46,552 nt of DNA from Gammaproteobacteria bacterium (GTDB taxonomy: Bacteria; Pseudomonadota; Gammaproteobacteria; SZUA-229): positions 1 to 46,552 of the forward strand of contig JAOUPA010000001.1 in assembly GCA_029880105.1 (NCBI GenBank), in the 5' to 3' direction. Made by a program: the position numbers and the translations under genes. How positions within the stretch are numbered: position 1 is the stretch's first letter; the number at the start of each line of letters is the position of its first letter. This document shows, in pieces, positions 10,234 through 21,486 of the stretch. The notes beneath the pieces were generated by a model that was not told where the DNA came from, searched no databases, and saw only the letters and a program-made list of their open reading frames with translations.

Positions 10234-11763
10234 TTAATTTGATCGCTTCAATTTAATCGGGTGAAGGCCAGTAAGCATGAGTGTAACAAAGTAAACAACA
10301 ACAGCCATGGCTATAATGCCAGTCATATTGGAAACACGCTGTATAGCCGACCAGATTGACCACTGTGATATCTCGGGCGTAATCCACAAAATACCCGCCA
10401 CCATGGCAGCGCAGGCTATTGTAATCTGTGTCAGTAATTTAACCCAGCCATGCGTGGGTTTGTATACTTCTCTTCGTCTTAAGCCTCGATAAAGCAGAAA
10501 GGCGTTGAGGTAGGCGGAACAGCTGGTGGCTAGTGCCAGACCGATATGCGGGGCTTCGTAATTAAAGAGAATCAGAGGTACCACAAACAGGATATTCATT
10601 ACCATGTTGCTGATCATGGCAATGATGCCAATGCGTACCGGCGTTCTGGTGTCCTGGCGCGCATAAAAGCCGGGAGCCAGAATTTTGATAATGATAAAGG
10701 CAGGCAGGCCGGCGATATAGGCCATCAGACTCAGACTGGCAAGGTGGGTGTCTGATGTCGAGAACTCACCGTACTGAAAAAGGGTGGCGAGTACAGGTCC
10801 GGCGAGCACAAACAGGCCCACACAGGCGGGTATAGCGATGATCAACACCAGTCGAATGGCCCAGTTGAGGGTCTGGTTGAATTCCTCGGCAGAATCGCGC
10901 GCGTGCTGATTTGAGAGTGCTGGCAAAATTACGGTGGCAATGGCAATCCCAAAAATACCCAGGGGGAATTCAAGCAGGCGATCAGAATAATATAACCAGC
11001 TCACGCTGCCGGCCATTAGGAACGAGGCGATGACGGTATCGAGTAGTAGATTGATCTGCGCTACCGATGAACCAACGATTGCGGGTAGCATCAGTTTAAG
11101 GATTTTTGAAACCCCCTCGTGGTGATGTTTGAAGCGAGGGTGGGGGATGAGTCCCAGTCTTTTCAGAAAGGGCAGCTGGAGCAGAAATTGCAGCAGGCCT
11201 GCCAGTGCCACGCCCCAGGCTAGAGCCATCAGCGGTTCATCCATCTTTGGCGATAGCCAGACTGCGGCTGCAATCATACTGAGATTGAGCAACACAGGCG
11301 TGAATGCGGGTACGGCAAACTGGTTGAAGCTGTTGAGAATGCCACTGGCAAAGGCTACCAGCGCGATGAAGAATAGATAGGAGAAGGTAATGTGTAACAT
11401 ATCAGCGGTGAGCTGGAAGCGAACCGGGTCGTCATGGAATCCGGGTGCAAACAGCCAGACCAGTGCGGGTGCGGCGACAGAGCCAATGATGGTGATCAGT
11501 AGCAGGATGCCACCTAGCTTGCCGGCAACGTAATTGATCAGATCCTGTAGCTCTTCACGGCTACGCTTTTCCTTGTATTCAGAAAAGACCGGGACGAAGG
11601 CCTGTGAGAATGCGCCTTCGCCAAACAGGCGACGCATAAAATTGGGGATTTTGAAGGCAACCAGAAAAGCATCGGTGCCACCACTGGCGCCAAAAATTGT
11701 TGCCAGCGTGATATCGCGCAGCAGGCCGAAAATTCGGGAAATCAAGGTCATGCTGCCCACCAC
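10234..11763 (-). CDS. murJ: lipid II flippase MurJ (MviN)
   Basis: ...SMTLISRIFGLLRDITLATIFGASGGTDAFLVAFKIPNFMRRLFGEGAFSQAFVPV is the MurJ N-terminal signature, in a polytopic protein. The true start is probably 10 codons upstream at CTG 11793 (see findings). Confidence 0.93.
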   Translation of the reverse strand: MVGSMTLISRIFGLLRDITLATIFGASGGTDAFLVAFKIPNFMRRLFGEGAFSQAFVPVFSEYKEKRSREELQDLINYVAGKLGGILLLITIIGSVAAPALVWLFAPGFHDDPVRFQLTADMLHITFSYLFFIALVAFASGILNSFNQFAVPAFTPVLLNLSMIAAAVWLSPKMDEPLMALAWGVALAGLLQFLLQLPFLKRLGLIPHPRFKHHHEGVSKILKLMLPAIVGSSVAQINLLLDTVIASFLMAGSVSWLYYSDRLLEFPLGIFGIAIATVILPALSNQHARDSAEEFNQTLNWAIRLVLIIAIPACVGLFVLAGPVLATLFQYGEFSTSDTHLASLSLMAYIAGLPAFIIIKILAPGFYARQDTRTPVRIGIIAMISNMVMNILFVVPLILFNYEAPHIGLALATSCSAYLNAFLLYRGLRRREVYKPTHGWVKLLTQITIACAAMVAGILWITPEISQWSIWSAIQRVSNMTGIIAMAVVVYFVTLMLTGLHPIKLKRSN

Positions 11764-11933
11764 GAGGGAGGACCGGAGTAGCTTGGTGCTCAGTTTGTTG
11801 CTCCTTTGGTAATGTAAGGTCAGTTTTTGATAAAATGCACGCGTTGTTGGCGCATTCTATCGAATTTTAGTTGACAAAACCCGATGAAACTGGCAATTTA
11901 CGCGCTCTTTTTTAGATAGACAGGTTTTTATCC

Positions 11934-12194
11934 GTGGCAAATTCAGCTTCAGCAAAGAAACGTGCTCGTCAGGCCGTAGTACGTCGTAGTCGTAACATGA
12001 GTGATCGTTCTATGATGCGTACAAGTATCAAGAAAGTTTATTATGCAGTTGAGGCAGGTGATAAAGCCGCTGCAGAGGCTGCCTATAAAGAAGCATGTCC
12101 TATGATCGACCGCATGGCTGGTAAAGGCGTGATTCACATTAATAAGGCAGCTCGCCATAAGAGCAGAATGAATAGCAATATTCGTGCAATGTAA
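11934..12194 (+). CDS. rpsT: 30S ribosomal protein S20
   Basis: [30 protein letters not shown]..., 86 aa, GTG start. Divergent from murJ as in many gammaproteobacteria. Confidence 0.95.
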   Translation: MANSASAKKRARQAVVRRSRNMSDRSMMRTSIKKVYYAVEAGDKAAAEAAYKEACPMIDRMAGKGVIHINKAARHKSRMNSNIRAM

Positions 12195-12219
12195 GCCCCG
12201 CTTGCGTTAGCCATAAAAG

Positions 12220-12242
12220 AGCCGGTATTAACCGGCTTTTTT
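12220..12242. terminator. intrinsic terminator between convergent rpsT and proB
   Basis: Stem AGCCGGT / ACCGGCT with loop ATTA, followed by a T-run (12237-12242) and preceded by AAAA. This makes it usable from both directions. Confidence 0.75.
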
Positions 12243-12274
12243 ATCGGCTGGATTTTGTGATTGCCTGACCGGCT

Positions 12275-14462
<2,188 letters not shown>

Positions 14463-14475
14463 CTAACCTGAATAC

Positions 14476-14503
14476 AAAAAAAGCCCCTAAGTGGGGCTTT
14501 TTT
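14476..14503 (-). terminator. intrinsic terminator/attenuator between rpmA and obg
   Basis: Stem AGCCCC / GGGGCT with a 5-nt loop. A 7-T run follows it on the minus strand (A-run 14476-14482 on plus). Confidence 0.75.
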
Positions 14504-14527
14504 ATCTCAGAACTGTTCTAGCTGGAC

Positions 14528-14785
14528 TTAAGCAGGGATAACGCTAACAGTTCTGCGTTTTCTCGGGCCGCTGATAGAAAAGCTAACCTGGCCGTCTGCA
14601 GTCGCAAACAATGTATGGTCACGACCCATACCCATATTGTTACCAGCGTGGAATTTGGTGCCACGTTGACGAACGATAATGTTGCCAGCTTTAACTACTT
14701 CACCGCCAAATTTTTTGACGCCAAGTCGTTTCGATTCCGAATCTCTACCGTTTTTGGTACTGCCGGCCGCTTTTTTGTGTGCCAT
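14528..14785 (-). CDS. rpmA: 50S ribosomal protein L27
   Basis: [29 protein letters not shown]..., 85 aa. Confidence 0.97.
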   Translation of the reverse strand: MAHKKAAGSTKNGRDSESKRLGVKKFGGEVVKAGNIIVRQRGTKFHAGNNMGMGRDHTLFATADGQVSFSISGPRKRRTVSVIPA

Positions 14786-14815
14786 TGTGAGTGACTCCTA
14801 TATATTTCTTAAAGA

Positions 14816-15127
14816 CTAACCAGTAATGCCTGTCACTTCGATTTCAGTGTAATACTGACGGTGACCGGTTCTTTTCTGGTGGTGTTTACGACGTCTGAAT
14901 TTCATGATCTCAACCTTCTTGGCGCGACCGTGGGCTTTCACTACAGCAGTGACCTTGCCGCCTTCAACCAGTGGTGAGCCAATGTTGATTTTATCGCCAT
15001 CGGCGATCATCAGTACTTTGTCTAATTCGACAGAAGCACCTTCTTCAGCATCTAGTTTTTCAACGCGAAGTATTTCGCCCTGAGTAAGTTTGTACTGTTT
15101 TCCACCCGTGCTAACTACAGCGTACAT
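14816..15127 (-). CDS. rplU: 50S ribosomal protein L21
   Basis: [25 protein letters not shown]..., 103 aa, upstream of rpmA. Confidence 0.97.
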   Translation of the reverse strand: MYAVVSTGGKQYKLTQGEILRVEKLDAEEGASVELDKVLMIADGDKINIGSPLVEGGKVTAVVKAHGRAKKVEIMKFRRRKHHQKRTGHRQYYTEIEVTGITG

Positions 15128-15163
15128 GGGTTTTCTCCAAAATCGTTGACAGAAAGGGCGCAG

Positions 15164-15192
15164 ATTGTACCGATAATGCGGCTTTCTGGCAA
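15164..15192 (-). promoter_or_regulatory. sigma70-type promoter of rplU-rpmA
   Basis: On the minus strand: TTGCCA (15192-15187), a 17-nt spacer, then TACAAT (15169-15164), about 35 nt upstream of the rplU ATG. Confidence 0.6.
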
Positions 15193-15262
15193 GCCTGACG
15201 CCTGTTATACGGGCTTATTTTTGATAAAAAATAAATCCATGCCTGATTTACCCTGCCTGAGC

Positions 15263-15292
15263 TTGACACTATACCACTCAGATACATAGGAT
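15263..15292 (+). promoter_or_regulatory. candidate sigma70 promoter of ispB
   Basis: TTGACA (15263-15268), an 18-nt spacer, then TAGGAT (15287-15292), 34 nt upstream of the ispB GTG. Confidence 0.45.
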
Positions 15293-15325
15293 GCGCACTC
15301 TTTAGAGTGTTTTAATGGTATTTAA

Positions 15326-16321
15326 GTGTCTGAAAACAAGCCAGATTCCAGTCTGACCATCCAGCCTGTTATTGCCCTCAGCCGGGCAGATATGGATGCG
15401 GTCAACAATGTCATCCTTGAGCGACTGAGCTCAGAGGTCGCACTGATCAATCAGCTCGGACACTACATTATTGACTCTGGTGGCAAGCGCCTCAGGCCTA
15501 TGCTGGCGGTGCTGGCGGCTCGCGCCTATGGTTATGAAGGCAGTCATCACCAGCTGCTGGCGGCCATCGTTGAATTTATCCATACCGCGACGCTACTACA
15601 CGATGATGTCGTTGATGAATCAGATTTGCGTCGTGGTCAGGAAACCGCCAATGCCATGTTCGGTAACGCCGCCAGTGTACTGGTCGGTGATTTCCTCTAT
15701 TCCAGGGCATTTGAGATGATGGTGGACGTGAATAGCATGCGTGTCATGGAAATAATGGCCAATGCCACCAATGTCATTGCCGAAGGCGAAGTCATGCAGC
15801 TGATGAATGTACATGATGCGGAAACCACTGAAAAACGCTATCTGGAAGTAATTTACTGTAAAACCGCCAAGCTGTTTGAGGCGGCGACCCGACTGGGTGC
15901 GGTGCTGTGTAATCGGCCGGCTCAGGAAGAAGAAGCCATTGCTCGTTATGGTATGCATCTGGGTACTGCCTTTCAGCTGATCGACGACGTGCTCGATTAC
16001 AGCTCCAGCAGTGAAGATATGGGCAAGAATGTTGGTGATGATCTGGCTGAAGGCAAGCCAACGCTACCGTTAATCTATGCCATGGAGCACGGTGATGAAG
16101 CACAATCAGCTATCATCCGTAAAGCCATTGAGCAGGGTGGCTATGAGATGATCGATCAGGTACAGGCGATTATTCAACAGACTGGTGCGCTGGACTACAC
16201 TCGCCGAGCGGCGCAGAAGGAAGCCAATATGGCGATCAAACAGCTGGCGCACCTGCCAGAATCGGAATACAAGCAGGCGCTGGAAACGCTGGCGCAGTTT
16301 TCAGTACAGCGCAGCGCCTGA
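15326..16321 (+). CDS. ispB: octaprenyl-diphosphate synthase
   Basis: 331 aa. First and second Asp-rich motifs (LLHDDVVDESDLRRG and DDVLDY). Divergent from rplU as in E. coli. Confidence 0.92.
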   Translation: MSENKPDSSLTIQPVIALSRADMDAVNNVILERLSSEVALINQLGHYIIDSGGKRLRPMLAVLAARAYGYEGSHHQLLAAIVEFIHTATLLHDDVVDESDLRRGQETANAMFGNAASVLVGDFLYSRAFEMMVDVNSMRVMEIMANATNVIAEGEVMQLMNVHDAETTEKRYLEVIYCKTAKLFEAATRLGAVLCNRPAQEEEAIARYGMHLGTAFQLIDDVLDYSSSSEDMGKNVGDDLAEGKPTLPLIYAMEHGDEAQSAIIRKAIEQGGYEMIDQVQAIIQQTGALDYTRRAAQKEANMAIKQLAHLPESEYKQALETLAQFSVQRSA

Positions 16322-16347
16322 TACACAGGTGATGAAGCTGCTATAAT
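16318..16347 (+). promoter_or_regulatory. candidate promoter of tRNA-Pro
   Basis: Perfect TATAAT (16342-16347) 9 nt before the tRNA 5' end. CTGATA at 16318-16323 with an 18-nt spacer serves as the -35. Confidence 0.5.
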
Positions 16348-16356
16348 CAGACCCTT

Positions 16357-16433
16357 CGGAGTGTAGCTCAGTTTGGTAGAGTACTACGTTCGGGACGTAG
16401 GGGTCGGAGGTTCAAATCCTCTCACTCCGACCA
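16357..16433 (+). tRNA. tRNA-Pro (anticodon CGG), CCA encoded
   Basis: Hand-folded cloverleaf. Acceptor CGGAGTG/CACTCCG. D arm GCTC-AGTTTGGTA-GAGT. Anticodon arm CTACG-TTCGGGA-CGTAG. T arm GGAGG-TTCAAAT-CCTCT. Discriminator A plus CCA. Confidence 0.9.
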
Positions 16434-16493
16434 ATCGATAAGTTGTAACCAGATATTCGGTTGGCGGCGCTTGCTTAAAACAGAGTATTAATC

Positions 16494-17117
16494 ATGTCAA
16501 AGGGTAGTCTATACATTATTTCAGCACCTTCGGGGGCGGGAAAAAGCAGTCTGGTTTCGGCACTGGTGAAAGACTGGCCAGATATTGAAGTATCTGTCTC
16601 GCATACTACCCGCGCAATGCGACCAGGTGAGCGAGATGGCATCGAATATCACTTTGTTGATGAAGCCGCATTTGTCGATATGATTGATCAGGGGCTGTTT
16701 CTAGAGCACGCGCAGGTGTTCGATAACCGCTATGGAACATCGCGCCAGAGCATTCAGGAGCAGCTGCTCAAGGGTAAAGATGTTATTCTGGAGATCGACT
16801 GGCAGGGCGCGCGCCAGATCAGGCAACTGGTCAGCGACTGCAAAACCATATATATTCTGCCGCCCAGCGTTGCTGCGCTACGCCAGCGTCTGCAAAATCG
16901 TGGGCAGGATGATGCTAAACTTATCGAGCGGCGTATGCGTGATGCTGTCAGTGAAATGTCGCATTATGGCGAGTTTGATTATATAGTTATCAATGATGAT
17001 TTTGAGCAGGCGAAGAATGACTTGTCTGCGATATTTGCCAGTAACAGGTTGCTGAAAGAGTTCCAGCAGGAACACCATGCTGATTTACTGGCTGAATTAC
17101 TAACCGCAAAAATTTAG
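16494..17117 (+). CDS. gmk: guanylate kinase
   Basis: LYIISAPSGAGKSSLV P-loop, 207 aa, gmk-rpoZ-spoT synteny. Confidence 0.95.
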   Translation: MSKGSLYIISAPSGAGKSSLVSALVKDWPDIEVSVSHTTRAMRPGERDGIEYHFVDEAAFVDMIDQGLFLEHAQVFDNRYGTSRQSIQEQLLKGKDVILEIDWQGARQIRQLVSDCKTIYILPPSVAALRQRLQNRGQDDAKLIERRMRDAVSEMSHYGEFDYIVINDDFEQAKNDLSAIFASNRLLKEFQQEHHADLLAELLTAKI

Positions 17118-17153
17118 CGGGTATTTTAGAAATAACTGGAGTGTAAATTTATT

Positions 17154-17417
17154 ATGGCACGTTTAACTGTAGAAGATTGCCTGGATTATGTGGATAACCG
17201 ATTCGAGCTGGTATTAGTTGCAACACGTCGTGCGCGTCAGCTTGCCATGGGTGCTGATCCCCTTGTGCCAGTAGACAATGACAAGCCTACTGTATTGGCT
17301 TTGCGTGAGATTGCAGAAAACCTGATTAATGACGAAGTGTTGCAGGAAGCAGTTGTTCAGCAGGATGATGTTGAAGCTTTGATTGAAGGTGATTTGCAGG
17401 GCGCTGATCATTTCTAA
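17154..17417 (+). CDS. rpoZ: DNA-directed RNA polymerase subunit omega
   Basis: [30 protein letters not shown]..., 87 aa. Confidence 0.95.
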   Translation: MARLTVEDCLDYVDNRFELVLVATRRARQLAMGADPLVPVDNDKPTVLALREIAENLINDEVLQEAVVQQDDVEALIEGDLQGADHF

Positions 17418-17426
17418 TCAGCGCTG

Positions 17427-19601
17427 ATGTCAGAACCGGTTGCCAGTGACAACGAAATAGCAGAAGGCATTGATAGCCGGTTTCTGATTTCCGACTTATG
17501 TGATTTAGTCGGAACTTACATGGAGGATGAGCAGGTGCAGGAGGTCTACCAGGCGTATCTGTTTGGTGCGCAGGCTCATGAAGGTCAGGTTCGTCAGTCT
17601 GGTGAACCTTATATCTACCATCCACTAGCTGTCGCAAGAATTCTCGCAACCATGCATATGGATGTGAAGAGTATCGTCGCCTGCATTCTGCACGATGTGC
17701 TCGAAGATACCCCCGCCACGCGTACCGCTATAGAAGAAATGTTTGGTGAAGATGTTGCGCATCTTGTCGATGGTGTCAGCAAACTCACGCACATCAAGTT
17801 TAAAAATAAAATCGAGCAGCAGGCCGAAAATATTCAAAAAGTTCTGCTGGCGATGGCGCAGGATATTCGCGTCATCATGATCAAGCTGGCTGATCGCCTG
17901 CATAATATGCGTACGCTCGGTTCGTTGCGTCCCGATAAGCGTCGGCGCATTGCCCAGGAAACACTGGAAATTTATATCCCGATTGCCAATCGTCTTGGCA
18001 TTTACACTATTCGCCATGAAATGGAAGACCTGGTACTGAAGGCCAAATATCCACTACGTTACAAAATACTAGAGCATGCGGTAAACAAGGCCAGTGGTCA
18101 CCGTAAAGAAGTAATCAATAAAATTGACAAGGCGCTGGTCACCCGACTGAATGAAATGGGACTGGATGCGGAGGTGCAGAAACGTAAAAAACACCTGTTT
18201 AGTCTCTATGAAAAAATGCGCGATAAACATCTGTCGTTTAATAAGGTGTTCGATGTTTATGCAATACGCGTTATTGTTGACTCAGTAGACGAGTGTTATC
18301 GAGTGCTCGGTGTCGTACATAATTTATTTAAACCAATCCCCGGGCGATTCAAGGATTATATTGCTATTCCAAAAAGTAATGGCTACCAATCTTTACATAC
18401 TGCACTGTATGGGCCGCATGGTATTCCGATGGAAGTGCAGATACGTACTGAAGATATGGATGCCTTTGCAGAAAGTGGCATTGCCGCACACTGGTTGTAT
18501 AAATCACCAGGTGAATCGAGTATGACAGGGGCGCATGCACGTGCCCGTGACTGGTTGACGGGTATTCTGGAAATGCAGCAGTCAGCAGGTAACTCATTAG
18601 AATTTCTTGAGAATGTCAAGGTAGACCTGTTTAATGACGAAGTTTATGTTTATACACCCGATGGCGATATTTTGAAATTACCGCGCAATGCAACACCCGT
18701 CGATTTTGCCTATATGGTACATACCGATATTGGTAATACCTGCGTTGCGGCAAAGCTCGATCATTCATTTGCACCATTGAATACGCCTTTATATAGTGGC
18801 CAGACAGTAGAAATTATTACCTCGCCAACAGCGCGGCCGAACCCTGCATGGTTAAATTATGTGGTGACAGTTAAAGCCCGTAGTAATATCAGAAGTTATC
18901 TGAAAAACATGCAGGTTGATGAAGCGATTGTACAGGGACGACGCTTACTGGACCGTTGTTTAAAAGGTCTGGCGCTACGGCTGGAAGATGTCCCAGACGA
19001 GACTATGAAAAATACACTGGATGAATATGGCTTTAAGTCGGTATTTGAACTGCTCGAAGATGTCGGAATGGGGAATCGTTCGGCCAGTCTAGTGGTAAGA
19101 CGATTGGTGCCAGAGCGTATACCGCAGGGTGAATCAGCAGAAACACGCGAGATGAGGTCACAATCGCCATTGGCCATTGATGGTACGGAGGGTATGGTAG
19201 TGTCATATGCCAAATGCTGTTTTCCAATTCCCGGTGATCATATTATTGGTATCCTGAGCAAAGGTAGAGGCATTGTTATTCACCGTGATGAGTGTAAGAA
19301 CATCAGCCAGATGCGCGTGGAAGTTGATAAGTGTATTGATGTGAAATGGTCAGAAGACGCAGAAGGAAACTTTAGCTGTAGCATTCGACTGGATGTGGCT
19401 AATAAGCCAGGTGTGCTGGCGAGGACGGCAACGATTATTTCAGAAGAAAATGCCGATGTTGAAGATGTGCATGTTGAAGATCGTGATGGCTTTACAACCA
19501 CGATTAGCTACCAGATTAGTTTGCATAGCCGTGACCACCTTGCCAATATTATGCGACGTCTGAGAAAGGCGCCTAATGTTTTAAAGATATGGCGCGTTTA
19601 A
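17427..19601 (+). CDS. spoT: bifunctional (p)ppGpp synthetase/hydrolase SpoT
   Basis: 724 aa. HD hydrolase motif (YIYHPLAVARIL...ILHDVLEDT), RelA/SpoT synthetase core, then TGS and ACT-like C-terminal regions. Located immediately after rpoZ. Confidence 0.93.
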   Translation: MSEPVASDNEIAEGIDSRFLISDLCDLVGTYMEDEQVQEVYQAYLFGAQAHEGQVRQSGEPYIYHPLAVARILATMHMDVKSIVACILHDVLEDTPATRTAIEEMFGEDVAHLVDGVSKLTHIKFKNKIEQQAENIQKVLLAMAQDIRVIMIKLADRLHNMRTLGSLRPDKRRRIAQETLEIYIPIANRLGIYTIRHEMEDLVLKAKYPLRYKILEHAVNKASGHRKEVINKIDKALVTRLNEMGLDAEVQKRKKHLFSLYEKMRDKHLSFNKVFDVYAIRVIVDSVDECYRVLGVVHNLFKPIPGRFKDYIAIPKSNGYQSLHTALYGPHGIPMEVQIRTEDMDAFAESGIAAHWLYKSPGESSMTGAHARARDWLTGILEMQQSAGNSLEFLENVKVDLFNDEVYVYTPDGDILKLPRNATPVDFAYMVHTDIGNTCVAAKLDHSFAPLNTPLYSGQTVEIITSPTARPNPAWLNYVVTVKARSNIRSYLKNMQVDEAIVQGRRLLDRCLKGLALRLEDVPDETMKNTLDEYGFKSVFELLEDVGMGNRSASLVVRRLVPERIPQGESAETREMRSQSPLAIDGTEGMVVSYAKCCFPIPGDHIIGILSKGRGIVIHRDECKNISQMRVEVDKCIDVKWSEDAEGNFSCSIRLDVANKPGVLARTATIISEENADVEDVHVEDRDGFTTTISYQISLHSRDHLANIMRRLRKAPNVLKIWRV

Positions 19602-19614
19602 AACAGCTGGACAA

Positions 19615-20196
19615 CTAATTCGATTTTTTTACAAACTTGGTTAGTAATACGATTCGCTGGCCTTCAACACGGCCTTCGATATGCTTCGGGTTGTCTGCAA
19701 CCAGTGAAATACCACGAACCGCCGTGCCACGCTTGGCAGTAAAGTTGGCACCTTTAACGTCAAGGTCTTTTATTAGTGTGACGGTATCACCGGCCTCGAG
19801 TAGGGCACCGTTACAGTCAACGTGTTTAATAACGTCTTCATCACTTTTGTCTTCGCCCGTCGCTTTGGCCCATTTCAGCGTATCGTCATCGAGGTAGAGC
19901 ATATCGAGTAAGTTTTGTGGCCAGCCTTCAGCACGTAGGCGTGTCAGTATACGCCAGGCCATTACCTGCACTGCGGGAACCTGACTCCACATACTGTCAT
20001 TGAGGCAGCGCCAGTGATTAATGTTGATGTTATCAGGGTGTTCAATCACGTTGCGACAGGTTGAGCAGATGAAAATACACTGGTCGGCACTGATATTGGA
20101 GGCTGGAGGAACTTCGTAAACTGCTAGATTTTCTGATGCGCCACATAATTCACATTTTGATTGACTGCGCTGCTGTAAAATTTGTTCAGTATTCAT
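19615..20196 (-). CDS. PhnA/YjdM-family zinc-ribbon protein (long form)
   Basis: The C-terminus LLEAGDTVTLIKDLDVKGANFTAKRGTAVRGISLV...LLTKFVKKSN matches the PhnA C-domain. The N-terminus carries CELCG...CSTC cysteines. 193 aa. Confidence 0.8.
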   Translation of the reverse strand: MNTEQILQQRSQSKCELCGASENLAVYEVPPASNISADQCIFICSTCRNVIEHPDNININHWRCLNDSMWSQVPAVQVMAWRILTRLRAEGWPQNLLDMLYLDDDTLKWAKATGEDKSDEDVIKHVDCNGALLEAGDTVTLIKDLDVKGANFTAKRGTAVRGISLVADNPKHIEGRVEGQRIVLLTKFVKKSN

Positions 20197-20222
20197 AACT
20201 AGTTCTCAAAATCTGCAGTGGG

Positions 20223-20831
20223 CTAAATTAGGCCTTCACCTCTGTCTGTATTTGAAGGGTCGTGCTCCTGCTGGCGTTGTTGTTTCATTTTGTCCAGAGC
20301 ATCACGTAGTGCATCATTCATCTGGTCAACGCCCTTGCGTAGTGATTCGCTCATCTCTCTGGAACCTTCCTGCATGAACTGGTTGAGCATGTCGGCACCT
20401 TCTTTTAGTGATTTATCCATGTCATCGAGAGACTTGTCTAGTGAATCCGACTGGTTGTTATTGTGAGCAGGGGTGGGTAAAGCAGCTTCGAAAGTGCGTG
20501 TAGCATCAATTTTCCACTCACCATTTTCGAGTACAAGAATTGTCTCAAAAGTGCGTTTTTGTTCTGCGCTGTTGACAGTAGTGGTGATAGATACATGATG
20601 CTTGTCAAAACTCAAATTCTTTAGGCTGGCTTTTTCATGATCAGGTAGTGACCGATAGTGATTGAGCGACTCGATAGTGGTGCTTGAAGTGAGATGGCGG
20701 ACAGTGTCATCATCAGCATTATTTAGGGCGCGCCAGTATTTTTCAGTAATGTTGACAGGTTGATCAAACTGTTGCTGGCAGCCAGTAGAAGATATAACAA
20801 AAATAAGAATATAAAAAAATAATGTTTTCAT
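20223..20831 (-). CDS. hypothetical lipoprotein
   Basis: MKTLFFYILIFVISSTGC is a lipobox signal. The start at ATG 20831 is preferred over the ORF-track start at 20912, which would overlap the upstream gene. The C-terminal third is a low-complexity, charged, helical region (SLDKSLDDMDKSLKEG...). Confidence 0.65.
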   Translation of the reverse strand: MKTLFFYILIFVISSTGCQQQFDQPVNITEKYWRALNNADDDTVRHLTSSTTIESLNHYRSLPDHEKASLKNLSFDKHHVSITTTVNSAEQKRTFETILVLENGEWKIDATRTFEAALPTPAHNNNQSDSLDKSLDDMDKSLKEGADMLNQFMQEGSREMSESLRKGVDQMNDALRDALDKMKQQRQQEHDPSNTDRGEGLI

Positions 20832-20871
20832 AATGAGATTGTCGAGATTTGGAATGTTTGGCGCAACCATG

Positions 20872-21471
20872 TTAAGTTTCGATAGAAATTTCCTTATTGG
20901 AAAATTCAACAACTTTTCCGACCACAGAATAGCGACTTCTTGGATTAATGATGGCAGGATGAGACATCAGGAGAATATTTGGGTAAACAATGATTTCTTT
21001 ATCCTCGCTGATTAATTTGGTATTAAAAAGATTGATCTCAGAGATGTAGCCTTCAACATAATTCTCACCAATGATAATGCGGATAAAGTTGCCACGTTTG
21101 TATGACTTGTGAAAAATTAAAAGAAAAAAGGCGGTCACGTTACTCAGAATCGACCAGCTTGCAAATAATGATACGCCTAACAGGGCCAGGAGTCCTGCAG
21201 ACATGGTCATCAGGCCCTTGAAATCGAAGCCCCAGACAAAAAGAATCAATGCAATTGAGATTGTGTTGGAAACGAAAATAAGCGATTTTCTTGCTTTATC
21301 AAAAGAGTCCCGTTTTAGCCGACTGTGATCAGTATGTTTCTCTATGCGGGGGGTGGCGAATTTTATGATGGCCGCCTGCAATAGTAAAATGAATACAGTG
21401 ATAGCTATATTGAATTTATAATTCAGGATAGTGGTAAGAATTATGGACATAGGAGCATGGATTTCCTTCAA
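20872..21471 (-). CDS. short MscS-like mechanosensitive channel family protein
   Basis: 199 aa with three N-terminal TM segments. TM3-like GVSLFASWSILSNVTAFFLLIF is followed by a beta-domain (GNFIRIIIGENYVEGYISEINLFNTKLISEDKEIIVYPN). There is no C-terminal alpha/beta vestibule domain. The start is uncertain: TTG 21471 or ATG 21450. Confidence 0.6.
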   Translation of the reverse strand: MKEIHAPMSIILTTILNYKFNIAITVFILLLQAAIIKFATPRIEKHTDHSRLKRDSFDKARKSLIFVSNTISIALILFVWGFDFKGLMTMSAGLLALLGVSLFASWSILSNVTAFFLLIFHKSYKRGNFIRIIIGENYVEGYISEINLFNTKLISEDKEIIVYPNILLMSHPAIINPRSRYSVVGKVVEFSNKEISIET

Positions 21472-21486
21472 AAAATATCTAATGAG

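Noticed and set aside
16357-16493. tRNA-Pro as a possible genomic-island integration site.
   Set aside because: gmk-rpoZ-spoT follow immediately. There is no integrase, no direct repeat of the tRNA 3' end, and no compositional break downstream.
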